This document shows positions 1 to 15,799 of a stretch of DNA of 64,000 nucleotides, in pieces; position 1 is the first letter of the stretch, and every line of letters starts with the position of its first letter. This stretch comes from Octopus vulgaris. Lineage: Eukaryota. The translations under genes were made by a program, and so were the position numbers. The DNA is taken from contig OX597840.1 in NCBI GenBank assembly GCA_951406725.2, forward strand, positions 31,558,001-31,622,000, in the 5' to 3' direction. The notes under the pieces were generated by a model. The model saw only the letters and a program-made list of their open reading frames with translations, did no database searches and was not told where the DNA came from.

Positions 1-676
1 AAAAACCATTATTATGTAATTCAAACAATGATAGACTTAAATCATACCATATAGAAAAAATAAAATATATGATAAAACATTTATCTAGGTCACAAAAAGT
101 ACATAAATAATAAAACAGTATATAATTAGTGTATAATTAGTAGACTACGTACGTTTCGTGGCTATAACTACAATTCGAATTGCAATTAGATAAAATATCT
201 TTGAAAAAATATGGATTTCTAATTTTTTTATTTGTTAATTATAATTTAGATACTTACATTTATTTAATTATTCTTATTTTATAATTATTATATGTGAACT
301 AAGATCTAAAAGCATTAAGTGTGGTTGTTTTGTGAAATATATTGTAACGTAAAATATTTTTGTGTAGGTAGTGAAAAGTTATTCTTTTTTGTACTATTGA
401 ATTTAATAATAATAATAATAAGTAATTTTGTTATTCCCTTATTAAGCGAAATATTAAATCTACACATATGAACGCTAAGTTATACGCTTTTAATTTTATA
501 TTTTTTAGTTCATAAAATATCTTGGAAAAAATAATTATACATTTTATTTAAGAAATAATGGTGAAATTTATATAATTATTTATTTTTAAAATAAGTATTT
601 CTAATTTTGTTATTTGTTAATTATAATTTAAGATACATATATTTATTTAATCATTCTTCTTATTATAATTATTATA

Positions 677-1079
677 TCTTTATATATAAAAGTGAAGTTG
701 TGTGTCTGTCTCCTACGATTTAGATTCCTAACTACTCCCACATTTTGCGGTGCAGTTTAACCAAAACCGTGTATCTTTTAGTCGTGATTCATATCGAGCC
801 TTTCTGGGTATTAGCGCGCGTCTACGATGAGTCTACGATTTAAAAAAAAAAAATTACCATCATTTTTTTTCCATTTTAATGCATTTTTTTCGCTATTATA
901 TAAGGGAAGTAACTCTCTAAAAATGTCTACGATGAGTCAACGATTTAAAAAGAAAATTACCATAATTTCTTTTTCCTTTTTTAATGCATTTTTTTGTTAA
1001 TTTTTGGTTATAACTCTCTAAAAATGCTTATATAGTTATTTCCCTTACAAACCCGAGCAACGCCGGGCGATACTGCTAG
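677..1079 (+). mobile_element. Non-autonomous Helitron (403 bp)
   Basis: Starts TC, ends CTAG, has a subterminal hairpin CCCGAGCAACGCCGGG about 10 nt from the end, and sits between A and T with no TSD. An empty paralogous site is at 292/293 and a second copy at 23618-24018. Confidence 0.9.
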
Positions 1080-1440
1080 TGTGAACTAAAATCTAAAAGT
1101 ATTATTTGTAGTTGTTTTGTGAAATAGTTTGTAACGTAAAATATTATAGTATAGGTAGTGAAAGGGTTTTTTTGTTTATTACTCTTTCGTCCAGGAACAA
1201 CTTGATGTATTGGTGAACTGTTAACGTCTTTGGAGAGCAACCCAGTGTACATCCCCACATGTTTGAGTTGGGTCTTGGGGGGCTCAATTCAGTTGACAAT
1301 GTGAAGCTGCTAGGGGCTGTGCTCAAACCCCGATTGGAGAGGGTTGCTGCTGGACTTAGGCTTATTCATTCACATCCGCTGGGCCAAAATCCCAAACGTT
1401 GACGCTAGAAATGGTCTCACAAAAGCATTGCGAGATATAC

Positions 1441-1655
1441 TCTCTTTACTCTTTCATACTCTTTTACTTGTTTCAGTCAGTTGACTGCGGCCATGCTGGA
1501 GCACCGCCTTTAGTCGAGCAACTCGACCCCGGGACTTATTCTTTGTAAGCCCAGTACTTATTCTATCGGTCTCTTTTGCCGAACTGCTAAGTGACGGGGA
1601 CGTAAACAACACCAACATCGGTTGTCAAGCAATGCTAGGGGGACAAACACACACA

Positions 1656-1660
<5 letters not shown>
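1441..1660 (-). mobile_element. SINE family B, 3' half (local tandem duplicate of the next copy)
   Basis: Matches the family B 3' end and shares private variants (CAGTCAGTTG, GAGCAACTCG, AAACAACACCAAC) with 1689-1900. Confidence 0.85.
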
Positions 1661-1688
<28 letters not shown>

Positions 1689-1690
<2 letters not shown>

Positions 1691-2121
1691 TCTTTACTCT
1701 TTACTCTTTTACTCTTTTACTTGTTTCAGTCAGTTGACTGCGGCCATGCTGGAGCACCGCCTTTAGTCGAGCAACTCGACCCCGGGACTTATTCTGTGTA
1801 AGCCCAGTACTTATTCTATCGGTCTCTTTTGCCGAACTGCTAAGTGACGGGGACGTAAACAACACCAACATCGGTTGTCAAGCAATGCTAGGTGGAAAAA
1901 CACAGACACACAAACGCACCCACGCATATATATATATATATATATACATATATACGACGGGCTTCTTTCAGTTTCCGTCTACCAAATCCACTCACAAGGC
2001 TTTGGTCGGCCCGTGGCTATAGTAGAAGACACATGCCCAAGGTGCCACGCAGTGGGACTAAACCCGGAACCATGTGGTTGGTAAGCAAGCTACTTACCAC
2101 ACAGCCACTCCTGCACCTATA
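1689..2121 (-). mobile_element. SINE family B (tRNA-headed, internal (TA)n, AAAGAGT-type tail)
   Basis: Minus-strand head GGAGTGGCTGTGTGGTAAG...GGTTTAGTCCC (A/B-box-like); more than 12 copies in the window. Confidence 0.9.
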
Positions 2122-2129
2122 CGGTGTTA

Positions 2130-2400
2130 AATGCAGACAACTCTGAGTTCCATATTTTCCGGAGTCTACAGAAGTACTCTTGTTATGCAACAATCTCATT
2201 GATTCCGTCTGTTTTTTGTGGCCTTCATCATTAGAGACAGCGGAGAGAGATAAGTCATCGACCTGCATATTTTCTGTATAGACGACAGTTTTTCCTCGAT
2301 TGACCATCAAGTATGAGCATTTATCCTTCCCAAACTCCATTCCTATATCTCGTGAGAATGTTGTGACTAGTTCCAATTGTCCCTTAATGTCGATCAATTA
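2130..2400 (-). pseudogene. R4/Dong-clade LINE reverse-transcriptase remnant
   Basis: Translation QLELVTTFSRDIGMEFGKDKC resembles the late RT motif of R4/Dong elements (compare MTFGLEKCAKV at 60540). Confidence 0.7.
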
Positions 2401-2409
2401 ATCAGAATA

Positions 2410-2916
2410 TAACTTTTTTTTTATTTTATTTTTTTTTAATATTTTTTTTTTTTTTTTGTTCTTCTTTTTCCCTTTTACGATCCCTTTTGATCGAAAACCT
2501 ACGCCACCTCTTTTACCGTGGTCTTTTTCGTAGGCTTTTCCCACGGATAAACCTTACTTGCTTTCCCCTTTACACCATATATCATAACACTGTGATACAC
2601 GATCCCTATTGATCGTTTTTTTCCCTCTTCCCCTTTTTTCTTCTTTTTTCATTTCTCTTTTCTTTTGTTCCTTTTCCTTTTCTTTAATTTTCTTTTTATT
2701 GTTTTAAATTTTTTATTTTATTTATTTATTTACTTTTTTGTTCTTTTCTTCCCTTTTACGATCCCTCTTGATCGAAAACCTACGCCATCCCCCATTTTTT
2801 TTTTGTTTCTTTTGTTTTTTGTTTTTTTCATCCCCCAAAACAAAAGCTCTACCTTGTAACTTGTCCCATCTGTGTGCAGCCCTGTGTGGCCAATAAAGAA
2901 ACTTATCAATAAAAAA
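2410..2916 (+). mobile_element. Probable LINE 3' UTR with poly(A) signal
   Basis: Pyrimidine-rich, with an internal ~40-bp direct repeat (2468, 2749) and AATAAA followed by an A-rich end. Family not identified. Confidence 0.35.
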
Positions 2917-3135
2917 TGTATGTGACATTAATTTCATTCCTTTCTGCATATCCCAGTATGTAGCCACGGCATTTTGTCAACAAGGCCCACAAGGGGTTCA
3001 CTGCCTGCATAATCAATATTACAGATAAACAATCACCTTGGAACATGCCTATTCATAGCTTAATTCTGTTTGTAACAACAGGTTTTGCTTCAGTAATTGT
3101 CAGTGGTCACTGTGTGGCCCATGTTGTGGTCAGTC

Positions 3136-3618
3136 ATGCATAAGATCTGGTCATCAAATCTAAGTAGAGACTTCAAACTTGAAATCTTCAAAGCCACAGT
3201 CGAACCAATTCTACTATATGGCTCAGAAACCTGGATGTTATCAAAGAAGCTTGAGAGGCGGTTGGATGGAACCTACACTCGCCTCCTTATGAGAGCTCAA
3301 AATCTTTCTTGGAAGCGTCATCCAACCAAAATGCAAATATATGGGGAACTACCACCTGTATCATCTCTTGTGAAAGGTAGGAGAGTCCAGTTTGCTGGAC
3401 ATTGTTGTAGAACTGAAAATGAGGTAACTTCTACTCTTCTCCTCTGGAAGCCATCTGCTCGCGATACAAGAGGGCGCACACTCTCCTACCCTGATGTAAT
3501 CTCTAGGGATACAGGCATCCAGCAACAGGACCTCCGTAATGCCATGATGGACCGTGAAGTCTGGCGTAACATTGTAAATTCTATTGTCTTGACCACGGTC
3601 GAACAAAGATGATGATGA
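3136..3618 (+). mobile_element. 5'-truncated RTE-like LINE 3' end, (GAT)n tail
   Basis: ORF 3097-3612 has the RTE-type C-terminal motifs PILLYGSETW, FAGH and DREVWR. 11-bp TSD TGTGGTCAGTC at 3125-3135 and 3619-3629. Confidence 0.88.
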
Positions 3619-3629
3619 TGTGGTCAGTC

Positions 3630-3770
3630 TATCAATGGCATTCACTATAATAGCTGGTAATTTGGCAAAGCGTAGTGATTCTATCATCCATGAATGAGGC
3701 ACGGAGTCGAACGCCTTCTTGTAGCTTAGCCATATCGTTAGAAGATTACGGCAATGTTCCTTGGCTATTT
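3630..3770 (-). pseudogene. R4/Dong-clade RT remnant interrupted by the RTE insertion
   Basis: Translation IWLSYKKAFDSVPHSWMIESL matches the RT motif WxDYKKAFDSVPHSW. Confidence 0.8.
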
Positions 3771-3985
3771 GTATGTATGTATGTATGTGTGTGTATGTAT
3801 GTATATATGTATGTATGTATGTATGTATGCGTGTATGTATGTATGTACGTACGCATGTATGTATGTATGTATATACGCATGTATGTATGTATGTATGTAT
3901 GTATGTATGTATGTTTGTATGTATGTATGTATGTACGCATGCATGTATGTATGTACGCATGTATGTATGTATATATGTATGTATG

Positions 3986-4019
<34 letters not shown>

Positions 4020-4300
4020 TGTGTGTATGTATGTATGTATGTACGTACGCATGTATGTATGTATGTATGTATGTATTCATGCATGTATGTATGTATGTAT
4101 GTATGTATGTATGTACGCATACATGTATGTATGTATGCATGTATGTATGTATGTATGTATGTATGTATGCATACATGTATGTATGTATGTATGCATGTAT
4201 GTATGTATATATGTACGCATGTATGTATGTATGTATGTATGTACGCATGCATGCATGTATGTATGTATGTGTGTATATATATGTGTGTGTGTTTATATAT
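3770..4300. repeat. (TATG)n microsatellite
   Basis: Seen directly; source of the YVCM/HTYI ORFs. Confidence 0.97.
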
Positions 4301-4454
4301 ATTCTTTTATGAATTAATAAATAATTTAAATAAAATAATTTAATTATTTTTACTCCTGACAGAAAAAGCAATTACCGCTTAACTATTCCTATAACACACA
4401 CGCTGTCTGTCGTGAAGGAATTCAAAAATTGATTTTCATTCGATCTATAGTGAG

Positions 4455-4785
4455 TAGTGACCCCCTTCGGTCAGACACTGACCATGGGTTTGCACCTAGA
4501 GAGTTACTCTCTGAGGCACAAGTCCGGGCAAGGTTGTTTCATGGAAGACCAGCAGTCGCCCATGCATACCGGCCTCCCCTCTCCACGTCACCGATGTTGT
4601 CCAAGGGAAAGGCAAGGGCCGATACAGCTTGGCACCCGTGACGTCGCAACTCATTTCTACAGCTGAGTGAACAGGAGCAACGTAAAATAAAGTGTCTTGC
4701 TCAAGAACACAACACGCAGCCCGGTCCGGGATTCGAGCTCACAACCTCACGATCGTAAGCTCGACGCTCTAACCACTGAGCCACC
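4455..4785 (-). mobile_element. SINE family D (tRNA-headed)
   Basis: Minus strand TGGCTCAGTGGTTAGAGC...GAGCTCGAATCCCGG (A/B boxes), followed by a GTGTTCTTGAGCAAGACACTT core-like segment. Confidence 0.75.
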
Positions 4786-5057
4786 TATACGTGCAAATAT
4801 TTGTATGTAGGCTTGTCAACTTGCTTTGGACGGAACACACTTTTACTCTTTTACTTGTTTCAGTCATTTGATTGTGGCCATGCTGGAGCACCGCCTTTAG
4901 TCGAAAAAAAATCGGCCCCAGTATTTATTCTTTGTAAGCCTAGTACTTATTCCATCAGTGTTCATAGTAATCGCATACATCATTCCTATGCACACTTTTA
5001 CCCACTTACCTTGTCCCCTTCCCCTTCCTTAGCGGTCATTCTAATAGCTCTTTTGTA

Positions 5058-5350
5058 GTGGGGGCGCAATGGCCCAGTGGTTAGGACAGCGGACTCGCGG
5101 TCATAGGATCGCGGTTTCGATTCCCAGACCGGGCGTTTCTCTCACTCTTACTTCCTGTTTCTGTTGTACCTGTATTTCAAAGGGCCGGCTTTGTCACTCT
5201 CTGTGTCACGCTGAATATCCCCGAGAACTACGTTAAGGGTACACGTGTCTGTGGAGTGCTCAGCCACTTACACGTTAATTTCACGAGCAGGCTGTTCCGT
5301 TGATCGGATCAACCGGAACCCTCGTCGTCGTAACCGACGGAATGCTTCCA
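5058..5350 (+). mobile_element. SINE family A with internal deletion
   Basis: Head GGCGCAATGGCCCAGTGGTTAGG...GTTTCGATTCC; about 90 bp shorter than full copies. Confidence 0.9.
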
Positions 5351-5534
5351 ATCCATCCAGCTCATTTGTCTTGATAACGGGCAATCACGCAGTAATTTCC
5401 CGTTGTTTAACGGCCATTTTCATAGCATTTTTTTCGATGGCCAGATAACTGAAGAGATGCCGGCGTGGGTTTCCGCCCTGACATCCTCGGAGTCTTATCT
5501 TGGCTACCGAATAATTGCCACATATTATATTTAC

Positions 5535-5960
<426 letters not shown>

Positions 5961-6100
5961 TGCATATATAATTGTCTGCAAACATTTTAATGGATGTACG
6001 TGTGTCACGAGAGAGTAGGAGAGGGTGAGAAAAAGATAGACAGAAAGGGAGAGCGGCAAAGATAGATAGATAGAGAGAGAGAGAAAGGGAGACAGAGAGA

Positions 6101-6137
<37 letters not shown>

Positions 6138-6370
6138 TAAAGTAAGACGCCGCGAATAAGTGACCGCAACCAGGCCAGCAGTTTAAGTAGGAAAGCTTGG
6201 TGCAGTTATTTCCCTTAGACAGTAATAATTGATAGTCTGCCAAATGTTGAAAGAACTTTGCATTATAAATTTTAAGTATAGGTCTGGCATACATACATAT
6301 TTTTATTTATATATATTATATGTGTGTGTGTGTGTAAGTCTGTATATGTATCTACATATTGAAATAAGTA

Positions 6371-6436
<66 letters not shown>

Positions 6437-6565
6437 CATACATACATATAGGAATAGATACATACATACATGTTTTTATACACACATACACGTATATATG
6501 TTCTTTTTTATTTGTAGCAGTCATCTTTGATTTCGGCCATGCTGAAGCACTGCCACTTGTCGTAC

Positions 6566-6624
<59 letters not shown>

Positions 6625-7071
6625 CACCTTTTTTTTATCTTTCGTATTTTACTTGTTTCAGTGGTTAGACTTAGACTGCGGCAATGCTGGGGCTCCGCTT
6701 AAAGGATTTTAGTCGTACATATCGACCCAGTAATTTTCGTTTTTGACCTCGGTACTAATTTAATCGTTTCTTCTACCGAACCTCTAAGTAACACGGATGT
6801 AAACACAGCAATGTCGGTTCTCAAGCGGTGCTGGGACAAACACACGTGCCATAAACACACACACACACACACAAGCCAGCCAGCCAGGCAAACACACGCA
6901 TGTGAATATATATATATATATATAAGTTTAAGTAATTGAGATTCAAGTGAATTCTAATGAATTCACATGATTATGGCCCTTAACTAGGATGCACCGGAAA
7001 TCTATATGGTGTTAACCATACGACAAGTGGGGTGATTACAAATAGGAAAAAACAACAAGAATGTATTAAAA

Positions 7072-7159
7072 TCTCGGTACAATTGTTTCGTACGAGGACA
7101 TCTTTAATAAGCTACAAAAAATGCAGTAAATATAGATGGCTCGTACTCGTCAGCCGAAA
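7072..7159 (-). ncRNA. Canonical type I hammerhead ribozyme motif with extended stem II (in PLE-like remnant ~6925-7165)
   Basis: Minus strand: UUUCGG CUGACGA GUACGAG...CUCGUAC GAAA CAAUUG UA^ CCGAGA. Confidence 0.85.
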
Positions 7160-7174
7160 AAACATATATAAATG

Positions 7175-7269
7175 CAGTAATCCCTAGACTATAGCAGGTG
7201 TTACGTTCTAAAAACCCCCGCGATATGATAACCGTAATAAGTGAACCGTGATATAGCGAGGGATTACTG
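7175..7269. mobile_element. 95-bp Tc1/mariner-pogo-type MITE
   Basis: Terminal inverted repeats CAGTAATCCCT(AGA/CG)CTATA; TA at the right flank and TG at the left. Confidence 0.7.
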
Positions 7270-7551
7270 TACATACATACATACATATATATACATGTAC
7301 ACAGATTATCTAATATATATATATAGATATATAAGAAAGTTACACGACTAAGTTTGCAGTGAATCCGGGCAACGGATCAGCCTGCTCGTGCAATTAAAAG
7401 ACCTGACAAGGGGACAGGAAATTATTCCCTGATTACTAAGTCATTTCTTTACCTTCTCATCACTTTTCGGTGCTTGGCTGCTGTTTTATTCAAAAACATA
7501 TGTGTATGGAGTTCTAACCACCAAGTTTTTCGTATTGCTATGCCTAAGCAA

Positions 7552-7557
7552 AATAAT

Positions 7558-7596
<39 letters not shown>

Positions 7597-7651
7597 AATA
7601 ATAATAATAATAATAATAATGATAATAATAATAATAATAATAATAATGATG

Positions 7652-7721
<70 letters not shown>

Positions 7722-7777
7722 TAATAATAATAATAATAATAATAATGATGATAATAATAATAATAATAATAATAATG

Positions 7778-7820
<43 letters not shown>

Positions 7821-7849
7821 TAATTATAATAATAATAATAATAATAATG

Positions 7850-7910
<61 letters not shown>

Positions 7911-7912
7911 TA

Positions 7913-7966
<54 letters not shown>

Positions 7967-7993
7967 GTAATAATAATAATAATAATAATAATG

Positions 7994-8034
<41 letters not shown>
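7552..8034. repeat. (CAA)n/(TAA)n/(TGA) microsatellite
   Basis: Seen directly. Confidence 0.97.
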
Positions 8035-8985
<951 letters not shown>

Positions 8986-9169
8986 CAAAAAAAAACCCAA
9001 ATATATATAGCACAGAACTTCTAAAAAAAAAAAAAAAAAACACCAAATATATGGCACAGAACTTCTAACCTGTTGTCTCTTGAGGTCTCTGGGTGAGACT
9101 TGGAGCCAACTTGTACAGACATAAAGCAAAAGTCAAACATATAATAATAATGATAATAATAAAAATAAT

Positions 9170-11635
<2,466 letters not shown>

Positions 11636-11678
11636 TATAATAATAATAATGATAATAATAATGATAATAATAGTAATG

Positions 11679-11711
<33 letters not shown>

Positions 11712-11747
11712 TACTATAATAATAATAATAATGATAATAATAATAAT

Positions 11748-11797
<50 letters not shown>

Positions 11798-11945
11798 TTA
11801 TAATAATAATGATAATAATAATGATAATAATAATGATAATAATAATGATAATAATAGTAATGATAATAATAATAATAATAATAAAATACTATAATAATAA
11901 TAATAATAATAGTAATAATAATAGTAATAATAATAATAATAATAA

Positions 11946-12152
11946 TCTTTTCTACTCTAGGCACAACGCGCGAAGTTTTGGGGATGGGGAACAGTCTATT
12001 AGATCGACCCCAGTACGCAACTGGTACTTAATTTATCGACCCCGAAAGGATGAAAGGCAAAGTCGACCTCGGCAGAATTTGAACTCAGAATGTAAAGACA
12101 GACGAAATACTGCTAACCATTTCGCCCGGCGTCCTAACGTTTCTGCCAGCTC
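11946..12152 (-). mobile_element. SINE family C
   Basis: Minus strand has a tRNA-like head and the core GCCTTTCATCCTTTCGGGGTCGATAAATTAAGTACC, which resembles the Sauria/MetaSINE-type core. At least 5 copies. Confidence 0.8.
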
Positions 12153-12333
12153 ACTTGGTACTGTATGAACATTTAATGTGGTTTTAGAGTCAAGTTTTGG
12201 CTGCTATTTCCAGCGTGATGGTATCTCTTAGATACCCTTAATTATAATTTTAATAATAATTATTACCTTTGTAGGTTTTTATTCCCATGCTGGCCCTTGA
12301 TAAGATCGATATTTAAATTAACGATCCTATCCT

Positions 12334-12390
<57 letters not shown>

Positions 12391-12392
<2 letters not shown>

Positions 12393-12860
12393 GTTTATAT
12401 ATTTGTTGTGCAAGATTTTTTATGTGAAGTCGTGTGTTGAAACAGATATTGTTATATTTCGGAGTGGTCATTTTGACAGTTTAGCCAATAAAAACACACG
12501 CACTATATATTTGGTGTTACTTTGCTTCAGTGTTATTTATTTTTTACATTAATCTTAATCTTATTTCGGCCAGAGTTCTTTCGTCACACTCCTGTGACCG
12601 CATCAGTGGTCCTTTGTTTTCTTCTTTCTTATTTGTGTCTCTCCTTACTAACCGCCAGCCATTTTGTATTTTTATTGTATGTCTTTATTTGCGCATGCTT
12701 ATATCTCTATGCGCGTCTATGTTTATTTAGTGTGTGTGTGGGGGGATGCCTGTAATATTTGTATCTTCTGTTTATATACGTTCATGTAATGTAATTTGTT
12801 TTTGTTGTTGTTTTTGTTTATCCTTATTTTGTTCATGTGTTTATATCCATGATGTCTGGT
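12391..12860 (-). mobile_element. Penelope-like remnant with variant hammerhead (12569-12612)
   Basis: Minus strand: CCA CUGAUGCG GUCAC AGGAGU GUGAC GAAA GAAC UC^ UGG. Homologous to 28878-29030; abuts (TA)n. Confidence 0.6.
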
Positions 12861-12949
12861 GTAACAGTAAATTCCATTGTCTCGACCACGGTCGAACAAT
12901 GATGATGATCACTCCAAACGAAAGCCAGAGCTTCCTTCGACCACTACAT

Positions 12950-14206
12950 AATGGCCCAGTGGTTAAGGCAGCGGACTCGCGGTCATAGGATCGCGGTTTC
13001 GATTCCCAGACCGGGCGTTGTGAGTGTTTATTGAGCGAAAACACCTAAAAGCTCCACGAGGCTCCGGCAGGGGATGGTGGTGATCCCTGCTGTACTCTTT
13101 CACCACAACTTTCTCTCACTCTTTCTTCCTGTTTCTGTTGTACCTTGTATTTCAAAGGGCCGGCCTTGTCACTCTCTGTGTCACGCTGAATATCCCCGAG
13201 AACTACGTTAAGGGTACACGTGTCTGTGGAGTGCTCAGCCACTTACACGTTAATTTCACGAGCAGGCTGTTCCGTTGATTCGGATCAACCGGAACCCTCA
13301 TCGTCGTAACCGACAGAGTGCTTCCATATTGAGCGAAAACACCTAAAGCTCCACGAGGCTCCGGCAGGGGGTGGTGGTGATCCCTGCTGTACTCTTTCAC
13401 CACAACTTTTTTCACTCTTACTTCCTGTTTCTGTTGTACCTTGTATTTCAAAGGGCCGGCCTTGTCACTCTCTGTGTCACGCTGAATATCCCCGAGAACT
13501 ACGTTAAGGGTACACGTGTCTGTGGAGTGCTCAGCCACTTACACGTTAATTTCACGAGCAGGCTGTTCCGTTGATTCGGATCAACCGGAACCCTCGTCGT
13601 CGTAACCGACGGAGTGCTTCCATATTGAGCGAAAACACCTAAAGCTCCACGAGGCTCCGGCAGGGGGTGGTGGTGATCCCTGCTGTACTCTTTCACCACA
13701 ACTTTCTCTCACTCTTTCTTCCTGTTTCTGTTGTACCTTGTATTTCAAAGGGCCGGCCTTGTCACTCTCTGTGTCACGCTGAATATCCCCGAGAACTACG
13801 TTAAGGGTACACGTGTCTGTGGAGTGCTCAGCCACTTACACGTTAATTTCACGAGCAGGCTGTTCCGTTGATTCGGATCAACCGGAACCCTCGTCGTCGT
13901 AACCGACAGAGTGCTTCCATATTGAGCGAAAACACCTAAAGCTCCACGAGGCTCCGGCTTCCCTGCTGTACTCTTTCACCACAACTTTCTCTCACTCTTT
14001 CTTCCTGTTTCTGTTGTACCTTGTATTTCAAAGGGCCGGCCTTGTCACTTTCTGTGTCACGCTGAATATCCCCGAGAACTACGTTAAGGGTACACGTGTC
14101 TGTGGAGTGCTCAGCCACTTACACGTTAATTTCACGAGCAGGCTGTTCCGTTGATTCGGATCAACCGGAACCCTCGTCGTCGTAACCGACGGAGTGCTTC
14201 CATCCA
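12950..14206 (+). repeat. SINE A head followed by four tandem ~297-bp body units
   Basis: Units 13029-13326, 13327-13622, 13623-13919, 13920-14202; junction CTTCCA|TATTGAGCG. Confidence 0.95.
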
Positions 14207-14452
14207 TCACATAAAAAGTATTAAGAAAAATCAGTTATTTAGATATACTTTTATTTTAGTTGTTTACACTATTTTACGCTTGTTAATACTCTTATACATT
14301 CAAAGTTAACACATTTCTTTATTCAAATCATGATTCGTATTCCTTTCGATGATACCAATATGATTCCAAAACTTCTTTGTAGACGATATTTTCTGTTTGG
14401 TCGACACTAATTTACAAATTACTGGAGTTCGTTGCTCTACTCATAGCGACGT

Positions 14453-14834
14453 GTGGAGCCGCAATGGCCCAGTTGTTACGGCAGCGGACTCGCGGTCATA
14501 GGATCGCGGTTTCGATTCCTAGACCGGGCGTTGTGAGTGTTTATTGAGCGAAAACACCTAAAAGCTCCACGAGCTCTGGCAGGGGATGGTGGTGATCCCT
14601 GCTGTACTCTTTCACCACAACTTTCTCTTACTTCCTGTTTCTGTTGTTCCTGTATTTCAAGGGGCCGGCCTTGTCACTCTCTGTGTCACGCTGAATATCC
14701 CCGAGAACTACGTTAAGGGTGCACGTGTCTGTGGAGTGCTGAGCCACTTACACGTTAATTTCACGAGCAGGCTGTTCCGTTGATTCGGATCAACCGGGAC
14801 CCTCATCGTCGTAACCGACGGAGTGCTTCCATCC
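14453..14834 (+). mobile_element. SINE family A, full length
   Basis: 14-bp TSD ACTCATAGCGACGT (14439-14452, 14835-14848). Confidence 0.95.
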
Positions 14835-15218
14835 ACTCATAGCGACGTATCACTGGCCGTGAGTAAATATCAGAGTGGGTAGAAATACACCTACACGATC
14901 TAAAGTCTGGCCCTGTGTTTTGTGTGCTGTGAATACCCGAGCGGAAACTTTAGGGTTGCAAAAATCAAAGTTGGTCTTATCTCTCACTGTTCTATGCGAA
15001 TAATATCTGATGTTCTGGTACTGCGGGTTATTCCTTTAGCAGGCACCTCAATGGCCACCACCACCACCACCACCATCAACTAAAACCACCATCAGCCCGG
15101 CCGCCACATTCTGACCCACAACCACCGTCGCTACCACTTTGATCACTACAGCCATCACTACACCTCTCCCCACCAGCAAACCTCTCTACTACTGCCATCA
15201 CCACTTCTACAACAACAG

Positions 15219-15282
<64 letters not shown>

Positions 15283-15356
15283 CAAAACTTCCACAATCTC
15301 CACCACCACAACAGCTATTGTTTCACTACACTTTCTACAACTGCCACCACCATGAT

Positions 15357-15778
15357 ATAGGCGCAGGAGTGGCTGTGTGGTAAGTAGCTTGCTAACCAAC
15401 CACATGGTTCCGGGTTCAGTCCGACTGCGTGGCATCTTGGGCAAGTGTCTTCTGCTATTTCCCCGGGCCGACCAATGCCTTGTGAGTGGATTTGGCAGAC
15501 GGAAACTGAAAGAAGCCTGTCGTATATATGTATATATATATATGTGAGTGTGTGTGTGTATGTTTGTGTGTCTGTGTTTGTCCCCCTAGCATTGCTTGAC
15601 AACCGATGCTGGTGTGTTTACGTCCCTGTCACCTAGCGGTTCGGCAAAAGAGACCGATAGAATAAGTACTGGGCTTACAAAGAATAAGTCCTGGGGTCGA
15701 TTTGCTCGACTAAAGGCGGTGCTCCAGCATGGCCGCAGTCAAATGACTGAAACAAGTAAAAGAGAGTAAAAATGAGTA
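15357..15778 (+). mobile_element. SINE family B, full length
   Basis: Head, internal (TA)n/(TG)n and tail all match the other copies. Confidence 0.92.
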
Positions 15779-15799
15779 TGATATGAACAAGGGCACCAC

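Noticed and set aside
141-200. Hammerhead 3' halves (GAAACGUACGUA on the minus strand; also ~28460 and ~36075)
   Set aside because: No matching CUGANGA half found; truncated remnants.
13029-14202. CRISPR-like or tandem small-gene array (repeated MAEHSTDT ORFs)
   Set aside because: No unique spacers or cas genes; the units are SINE bodies and the ORFs are incidental.
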